The notes beneath the pieces were generated by a model. That model did no database searches and had not been told where the DNA came from. It saw only the letters and a program-made list of their open reading frames with translations. Shown here piece by piece: positions 24,498 through 29,871 of a stretch of DNA of 29,871 nt. A program made the position numbers and the translations under genes. The number at the start of each line of letters is the position of its first letter. Within the stretch, counting starts at the first letter, position 1. Origin of the DNA: a virus (taxonomy: Duplodnaviria; Caudoviricetes); IMG/VR virus record IMGVR_UViG_3300021961_000428, positions 1-29,871 of that record; one strand, given 5' to 3'.

Positions 24498-25199
24498 ATG
24501 GGAACCACATCTAGTTTTTTGCATATTGGAAATTGGCCGGAAGCCTTTTGTGGAATGACTGATTCAGCTAGTGGTTTCAATTATATAGATAACCTCAATG
24601 AGTCAGACGTAATGGCGTTCGCATGGAGCACAGAAACCATGACGATCACGACGGCCGGAACGATTAGCAATGGTACGTCAACCGCGAATATAGCCAACAC
24701 CCTTACATTTGATCCATCTGGAATCAATGCCACTTTATATGATGAAGGTGGAGCAAGCGGAATGTGGTGTCCAACGACAACTCTTTGGATCGCATGGGAT
24801 TCTTTTCCTCCTAACAAGATTCCGCGAGAGCGAGTGTGTGCGCCTGAGCTAGTAAGCGGACAGGTAGGAAACATCTTTGCTGTGGAAGGTCGAGATTCAG
24901 GTGATCCATCAACTAGTTTTTTCGGATTATTTTTTTATGTTGGCCCAGACCCTATAAACCTTGGAAAATTCAAACTATACTTTGGGTTATCATTCAACGT
25001 TTATGCCTCTGCTGGTGTAAATGATTACGTGGGCATTTATTTTAACGACAATGACTTTGGCGGTTCATTCGCCAATGGTACTGTTACCCTCGGCGGGTTT
25101 GTTTTTCCGTGGTACGCATACATTTACGGTACTGGCACTCCCGCTGTCGGCACCACTCCGAGCCTAACCGGCAGCACGAGCAACTACACGTACGTCTGA
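24498..25199 (+). CDS. Putative tail-associated/receptor-binding protein
   Basis: Last gene of the structural block; Gly/Thr/aromatic-rich; visibly AT-richer DNA. Confidence 0.4.
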   Translation: MGTTSSFLHIGNWPEAFCGMTDSASGFNYIDNLNESDVMAFAWSTETMTITTAGTISNGTSTANIANTLTFDPSGINATLYDEGGASGMWCPTTTLWIAWDSFPPNKIPRERVCAPELVSGQVGNIFAVEGRDSGDPSTSFFGLFFYVGPDPINLGKFKLYFGLSFNVYASAGVNDYVGIYFNDNDFGGSFANGTVTLGGFVFPWYAYIYGTGTPAVGTTPSLTGSTSNYTYV

Positions 25200-25349
25200 C
25201 CGCGCATTTTTCTCTCCGCGCAATCTGCGCGATTCCAAGCACTTACAAAAGTGCGGGAAAACTTTTGCGCTTTTTGCTTTCCATCCACGGGCGGATCGGG
25301 TTGAGTCGTTGTGTCGGAGGCAATGAGGCCCGAGACGAAACAACGACAC

Positions 25350-25760
25350 ATGAACATAAAAATCAGCAAAGCCAACGAGCCGCGCATCGTCGCCGCGCTC
25401 GCGAACGTCAACGGTCGCGCCACCGCCCACACGGCGAGTTGCGCGGACATTTTCCGCGCTGCCGAGGATGCCGAGCAGAAGCTCGCATCTCTCGGTCTTA
25501 CGAAGGCCCAGCGGGCGGGCGCACGGTGCGTCTTTGCCTCTGGCGGCACGGTGCCGCAGTCCTACAAATACAAGAGGGTCGTCAACCGCGTGACTCTCGT
25601 CCGCTCGACGAGCGGCTGGTCTCTCGCGGAGATCGTCCTCTGCGAGGTATGGCCGAGCACGCGCGGCGGGATCACGATCTCGCTCACGCCAGCGCAGGAC
25701 GCTCTCGCCATCGTCAAGCTCCGCGACGGCTACGCGGTGCAGAAGGAGGTGGCGTCGTGA
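25350..25760 (+). CDS. Hypothetical protein (136 aa)
   Basis: ATG 25350 follows the AAACAACGAC leader; GC3-rich codons; first gene of a new operon. Confidence 0.7.
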   Translation: MNIKISKANEPRIVAALANVNGRATAHTASCADIFRAAEDAEQKLASLGLTKAQRAGARCVFASGGTVPQSYKYKRVVNRVTLVRSTSGWSLAEIVLCEVWPSTRGGITISLTPAQDALAIVKLRDGYAVQKEVAS

Positions 25761-25984
25761 CCTGCCTCGATATCGACGCCCTGAAAATCAAGGCAACTGC
25801 CATCCCGCGCGCCGGGAACCTTGTTGCCGTAGACGCCTGCACCGCTGACGGGCGGAGGTTGAGCGTCGTCTGGGATCGTGACGGCACCGGCTACCCGGTG
25901 CTGGACCAGCTCGACGACGCCGAGTCGGACCTCGTCTGGACTTCGGTCGAACTGCAAATGCTCGAAAGCAAGCTCTGGTCATGA
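25757..25984 (+). CDS. Hypothetical protein (75 aa)
   Basis: GTG 25757 with GGAGG at 25745-49; GTGA and ATGA overlaps on both sides (3' part of track ORF 25109..25984). Confidence 0.65.
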   Translation: MTCLDIDALKIKATAIPRAGNLVAVDACTADGRRLSVVWDRDGTGYPVLDQLDDAESDLVWTSVELQMLESKLWS

Positions 25985-26370
25985 TCCGCCTCGCTCTCCT
26001 CCTCGCGCTCTGCGCGACAGCGCACGCCGCGCCGCCGGAAGCATTCTGGCGCGCTCTCCACGTAGTCGAAACCGGCGGCCGTCGAGGCGCAATCCTCGGC
26101 GATGGTGGCAAGGCTCTTGGACCGCTCCAGATCCACCGCGCATATCACGCAGACTCGCGCGTCGCTGGCGACTACTCGCGCTGCGCTGACCTCGCTTACT
26201 CGCGCCGCGTGGCCGAGGCTTATCTCAAGCGATACGCGCCGAAGGCGTGGGCCGCAGGCGACGTAGAGACGCTGGCGCGTGTTCACAACGGCGGTCCGGC
26301 CGGCGCGCGAAAGGCCGCGACACTGGCTTACGCGGCCAAGGTCAAGCGGGCGATGGGAGGTGCGCGGTGA
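25981..26370 (+). CDS. Secreted lysozyme-superfamily protein (i-type/destabilase-like or lytic transglycosylase)
   Basis: Signal peptide MIRLALLLALCATAHA; ALHVVETGG catalytic Glu; GPLQIHRAY; LARVHNGGPAG; TLAYAAKV. Confidence 0.78.
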   Translation: MIRLALLLALCATAHAAPPEAFWRALHVVETGGRRGAILGDGGKALGPLQIHRAYHADSRVAGDYSRCADLAYSRRVAEAYLKRYAPKAWAAGDVETLARVHNGGPAGARKAATLAYAAKVKRAMGGAR

Positions 26371-27734
26371 ATTACGAGACTTTCCTCGACGCCAAGCGGC
26401 ACGTCGGAGCTAGGCACGGGTTCGAGCCTACCTTCATACCGTCCAAATTATTCGAATTTCAGCGGGCGCTTGTCTCGTGGTCAGTCGAGCGCGGCCGGTC
26501 CGCTATCTTCGCTGACTGCGGGCTGGGTAAGACAGCGATCCAGTTAACCTTTGCCGAAAATGTCGTGCGGCATACGAACCGTCCGGTCCTTGTGCTGACT
26601 CCGCTCGCCGTGGCGCGGCAAGCTGTCGAGGAGGGCGAGAAGTTCGGCATCGATTGCGTGCGGTCCTCGGATGGCAAGTTCCCGCTAGGCGCGCGCGTGG
26701 TCGTTACCAACTACCAACGCCTTCACCACTTCGACCGGACGCAATTCGCGGGCGTCGTCTGCGACGAGTCATCGATCCTCAAGAACTTTGACGGGATGAC
26801 GAAGGCCGCGGTGACGGACTTCGCGCGTAAAATTCCCTACCGACTGCTCTGCACCGCGACCGCCGCTCCCAACGATTACATCGAGCTCGGCACGTCGAGC
26901 GAGGCGCTTGGCGAGATGGGCTTTTCAGATATGCTCGGACGCTTTTTTAAGAAGCAAGGGCCGACTACGTCGCGATCCGACGAGCACCGCGCTGGAGTCT
27001 GGCGCTTTCGCGGCCATGCCGAGAAGGAGTTCTGGCGCTGGGTCTGCTCGTGGGCGCGAGCCGTTCGCAGGCCGAGCGATATTGGTTGCGATGACGGACC
27101 GTTTAAGCTGCCGAAGCTCATCACGCGCGAACACGTCGTGGTTGCGCGGAGCCAGCGCGACGGGATGCTGTTCGACTTGCCAGCGATGACGCTCGCAGAG
27201 CAACGCGAGGAGCGTCGCCGCACGCTGGCCGAGCGATGCGAACTAGTCGCCAATCTTGTCGGCAATACCGGCAAGCCTGCGGTCGTCTGGTGTCATCTTA
27301 ATGACGAGGGCAAGGCTCTCTCAAAGCTGATCCGAGACGCAGCCGAGGTATCCGGCGACGACGAGGACGACAAGAAGGAGGAGACGTTTGAGGCGTTCGC
27401 GAATGGCGAGTTGCGCGTGCTGATCACTAAGCCGCAAATCGCGGGCTTTGGGCTAAACTGGCAGCATTGCGCGCATCAGACCTTTTTCCCATCCCACTCC
27501 TTCGAGCAATGGTACCAAGCCGTCCGCCGATGCTGGCGCTTCGGACAAAAGCGCGACGTTTTCGTCGATGTCGTCGCATCCGAGGGCGAGTCAGGCGTCG
27601 TTTCGAATCTGCAACGCAAGGCCGACCAAGCCGACGCGATGTTTAAGCATCTGGTATCACTCATCAACGACGAGCTTCGCATCGAAGGATCGAAGCACGT
27701 TTCCTTCAAACCCGCTTTTCCTTCATGGCTATGA
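26367..27734 (+). CDS. SNF2-like superfamily 2 helicase/ATPase
   Basis: FADCGLGKT, VVCDESS, CTATAAPND, GFGLNWQ, YQAVRRCWRFGQ; GTG 26367 with GGAGG at 26356-60. Confidence 0.9.
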   Translation: MNYETFLDAKRHVGARHGFEPTFIPSKLFEFQRALVSWSVERGRSAIFADCGLGKTAIQLTFAENVVRHTNRPVLVLTPLAVARQAVEEGEKFGIDCVRSSDGKFPLGARVVVTNYQRLHHFDRTQFAGVVCDESSILKNFDGMTKAAVTDFARKIPYRLLCTATAAPNDYIELGTSSEALGEMGFSDMLGRFFKKQGPTTSRSDEHRAGVWRFRGHAEKEFWRWVCSWARAVRRPSDIGCDDGPFKLPKLITREHVVVARSQRDGMLFDLPAMTLAEQREERRRTLAERCELVANLVGNTGKPAVVWCHLNDEGKALSKLIRDAAEVSGDDEDDKKEETFEAFANGELRVLITKPQIAGFGLNWQHCAHQTFFPSHSFEQWYQAVRRCWRFGQKRDVFVDVVASEGESGVVSNLQRKADQADAMFKHLVSLINDELRIEGSKHVSFKPAFPSWL

Positions 27735-28720
27735 ACAACGATAATCAACACATCACAGACCGCTTCGCACTATACAACTCCGATTGCATCGACGTAATGC
27801 GCGCGATGCCAGATGGATCGATTGACCTCTCTGTTTACTCGCCTCCGTTCTGCGGGCTGTACAACTACAGCAGCAGCGAACGCGATCTTTCGAACTGCCG
27901 CTCCTACTCGGAGTTCTTCGAGCACTATGACTTTGTGATCTCGGAGATCGCGCGGCTTACTAAATCTGGCCGGATCACGGCGGTGCATTGTATGGACGTT
28001 GCTGGCACCGGCAATGGGCCGACCGCCAAGATGGGCATTGCCGCAAACGTAGGATCTGGGCTGATCGACTTTCCCGGTGACATCATCCGCGCGCACGAAA
28101 AGCACGGATTCCAGTTCTGTATGCGCCGCGTGATCTGGAAGGAGCCGCTCGGCGTTCGATTGCGGACGATGGCAAAAGGACTTGCCCACGCACAGATCGT
28201 CGAGGACTCGACTTTGTGCGACGTTGCTGGAGGCGACTACCTGCTTTGCTTTAGAAAGAAGGGCGAGAATCCGGTGCCAGTCGCGCACCCGACTGGGCTC
28301 CACTCTTACGCCGGAGAGCGTCAGATGCCGCGCGAGTTGCTTGAATGGAAGGGACACGAAGGCAAGCAGACCGAGAATCGTTTCTCACATTGGATCTGGC
28401 GGCAATATGCATCGTGTGTCTGGGATGATATACGAATCGACAACGTGCTCGCCTACGAGGAAAGCCGCGATAAGGACGATGAGCGCCATGTGCATCCTTT
28501 GCAACTCGACGTGATCGAACGCGCAGTAGTGCTATGGTCGAATCCCGGTGAGGTAGTCTTTACTCCTTTCATGGGCGTTGGCTCAGAAGTTTACGGCGCA
28601 GTATTGAACGGGCGCAAAGGCATTGGCGTCGAACTTAAGTCGAGCTATTATCGGCAAGCGGTTCGCAATCTATCAGCGATTGGGCGGGATCAGAAAACGC
28701 AGGAGCTTTCCTTCGAATGA
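27731..28720 (+). CDS. DNA N4-cytosine/N6-adenine methyltransferase (beta class)
   Basis: Motif IV SVYSPPF precedes motif I FTPFMGVGSE; HVHPLQLDVIER; GIGVELK. Start 27725 or 27731. Confidence 0.88.
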   Translation: MNNDNQHITDRFALYNSDCIDVMRAMPDGSIDLSVYSPPFCGLYNYSSSERDLSNCRSYSEFFEHYDFVISEIARLTKSGRITAVHCMDVAGTGNGPTAKMGIAANVGSGLIDFPGDIIRAHEKHGFQFCMRRVIWKEPLGVRLRTMAKGLAHAQIVEDSTLCDVAGGDYLLCFRKKGENPVPVAHPTGLHSYAGERQMPRELLEWKGHEGKQTENRFSHWIWRQYASCVWDDIRIDNVLAYEESRDKDDERHVHPLQLDVIERAVVLWSNPGEVVFTPFMGVGSEVYGAVLNGRKGIGVELKSSYYRQAVRNLSAIGRDQKTQELSFE

Positions 28721-28911
28721 CAACCGATCTTCGCACCGCACTCAATATCGCGCTCAGCCAAGGCAAAAGCCCGAAGGAATTTGCGCACGAGGCTGGCATC
28801 TCCGTCTCGTGGACCTACCGGCTCTCGTGGGAACTTGGCTGGCGCGCGATGCACCTCTCGGAGCACGAGCGGCAACTCATCAGGCAACTGCGCAAGGAGG
28901 CGACGACATGA
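28717..28911 (+). CDS. Small HTH protein
   Basis: GKSPKEFAHEAGISVSWTYRL helix-turn-helix pattern; ATGA coupling. Confidence 0.65.
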   Translation: MTTDLRTALNIALSQGKSPKEFAHEAGISVSWTYRLSWELGWRAMHLSEHERQLIRQLRKEATT

Positions 28912-29099
28912 ACCTCTCGCGCTCAGAACTCCTGCGCATGGCGCGCTGCGGAGCCGCAGACGGACACGACGACGACTGGCACGCGACGATGACTACTAGC
29001 AAGCACCGCCTCCGCGAAATGCGCGACGTGGCGGAAGCAGAACGCGCCGAGCTGCGGCGAATCGAAGAACAATTCGAACCCACAAAAAATGACAAATGA
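28908..29099 (+). CDS. Hypothetical protein (63 aa)
   Basis: ATG 28908 with GGAGG at 28896-28900; overlaps neighbours. Confidence 0.55.
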   Translation: MNLSRSELLRMARCGAADGHDDDWHATMTTSKHRLREMRDVAEAERAELRRIEEQFEPTKNDK

Positions 29100-29493
29100 A
29101 CAATATAGCGAGCTTCTCGCTGAGATTAAAGCGATCCGAATCGCGCTGATGGCTAAGGCCAGCGACGCTCCGCAGGCCAAGCCGCAACCGCGCGGCGAGG
29201 TGCCGATGCCGACCGAGATCATCGAGGGTGCAGTCGACGTGCTCGTGCATTTCGGAAAAAATAAAGGCACGCGACTGGGCGATCTCGCGCCGAAGTCGGT
29301 CGAGTGGTACGCGCAAGAACCGGAGCCGCGCCTGCGCAACGACGGCACGCCATTCCCGCCGCGAGCGGAGGACGTGCGACTGCGCAACGCTGCGCGGACG
29401 ATTGTCCACCGCCGCTCTGGCAAGCTGGCCGCTCCTGCGAACGAGCCGGTGCTGCGAAATGCGCCGGTCAACGAAGACCAAGTTCCGTTCTAA
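29089..29493 (+). CDS. Hypothetical protein with FGKxKG module and SSB-like acidic tail
   Basis: VHFGKNKGTRLGDL..WY motif and C-terminal EDQVPF. Confidence 0.6.
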   Translation: MTNEQYSELLAEIKAIRIALMAKASDAPQAKPQPRGEVPMPTEIIEGAVDVLVHFGKNKGTRLGDLAPKSVEWYAQEPEPRLRNDGTPFPPRAEDVRLRNAARTIVHRRSGKLAAPANEPVLRNAPVNEDQVPF

Positions 29494-29504
29494 ATTTTTC
29501 ACCC

Positions 29505-29792
29505 ATGAAAAACAAATATGTCATTATCAGAACACGTTCAGCGGGAGTTTTCGCTGGCGTTTTGAAAAGCTATAAGGCTGGCGAGGCCATTCTTAAGAAC
29601 GCTCGGCGCATTTGGTATTGGTCGGGCGCAGCGTCGTTGAGCCAACTCGCGGTCGATGGCACGTCAAAACCAAATGAATGCAAGTTTCCGGTCATCGTTG
29701 AGGAGATTCTCTTGCCGGAAGTCATTGAAGTCATTCCAACGACCGCAAAAGCGCGCGAGTCGATCGGCAGCGTGAAAGTGTGGTCGGCGTGA
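29505..29792 (+). CDS. Conserved phage protein (DUF6948-like, Sm-like beta fold)
   Basis: YVIIRTRSAGVFAGVL..LKNARRIWYWSGAASLSQLAVDG is a recurrent phage family; ATG 29505 preferred. Confidence 0.65.
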   Translation: MKNKYVIIRTRSAGVFAGVLKSYKAGEAILKNARRIWYWSGAASLSQLAVDGTSKPNECKFPVIVEEILLPEVIEVIPTTAKARESIGSVKVWSA

Positions 29793-29871
29793 AAGGCTAC
29801 GGCTACGGCGACGGCTCCGGCTCAGGCGACGGCTACGGCGACGGCTACGGCTCAGGCTACGGCGACGGCTA
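29789..29871 (+). CDS. Gly-rich (G-Y/D/S) repeat protein, truncated by window end
   Basis: GTG 29789 overlaps upstream TGA; reads MKGYGYGDGSGSGDGYGDGYGSGYGDG. Confidence 0.55.
   Translation, partial: MKGYGYGDGSGSGDGYGDGYGSGYGDG
29795..29871 (+). repeat. Hexamer tandem repeat GGC-(TAC/GAC/TCC/TCA)
   Basis: Every second codon is GGC from 29795 to the window end. Confidence 0.9.

Noticed and set aside
25109-25756. 5' part of the 291-aa track ORF 25109..25984
   Set aside because: Overlaps two better genes and an intergenic region; only the part from GTG 25757 (with SD) is credible. The same applies to the 5' extensions of track ORFs at 13220, 17704, 26247, 28623 and 29304.
29795-29871. CRISPR array
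   Set aside because: 6-bp periodic coding repeat with no unique spacers and no cas genes.

Overview
This window is a 29.9 kb segment of a tailed dsDNA phage or prophage, probably siphovirus-like, with every credible gene on the + strand. It opens with a ParB-like and Mom-like DNA-modification pair, the terminase small subunit, and a ~2 kb inserted cassette (PD-(D/E)XK nuclease, small ORFs, a type II hammerhead ribozyme, a PAPS-reductase-like PP-loop protein, a small basic KGG/AT-hook-like protein). Head genes follow: lambda-type terminase large subunit, gpW-like adaptor, an extended portal, a 1113-aa fibre, holin-like genes, a metallophosphoesterase, prohead protease, decoration protein and major capsid protein. 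Next come a three-gene glycosylation module and neck/tail genes with a short tape measure. The window ends in an early-type operon (secreted lysozyme, SNF2 helicase, N4/N6 DNA methyltransferase, small proteins, Gly-rich repeat). The most striking observation is a 76-nt CCA-ending tRNA-Gly(UCC)-like cloverleaf (1355-1430) inside the 3' end of the mom-like gene. It has intact GlyRS identity elements but apparent anti-translation features, suggesting a self-supplied glycyl donor for adenine hypermodification. All functional calls come from motif recognition and synteny; no database search was run.
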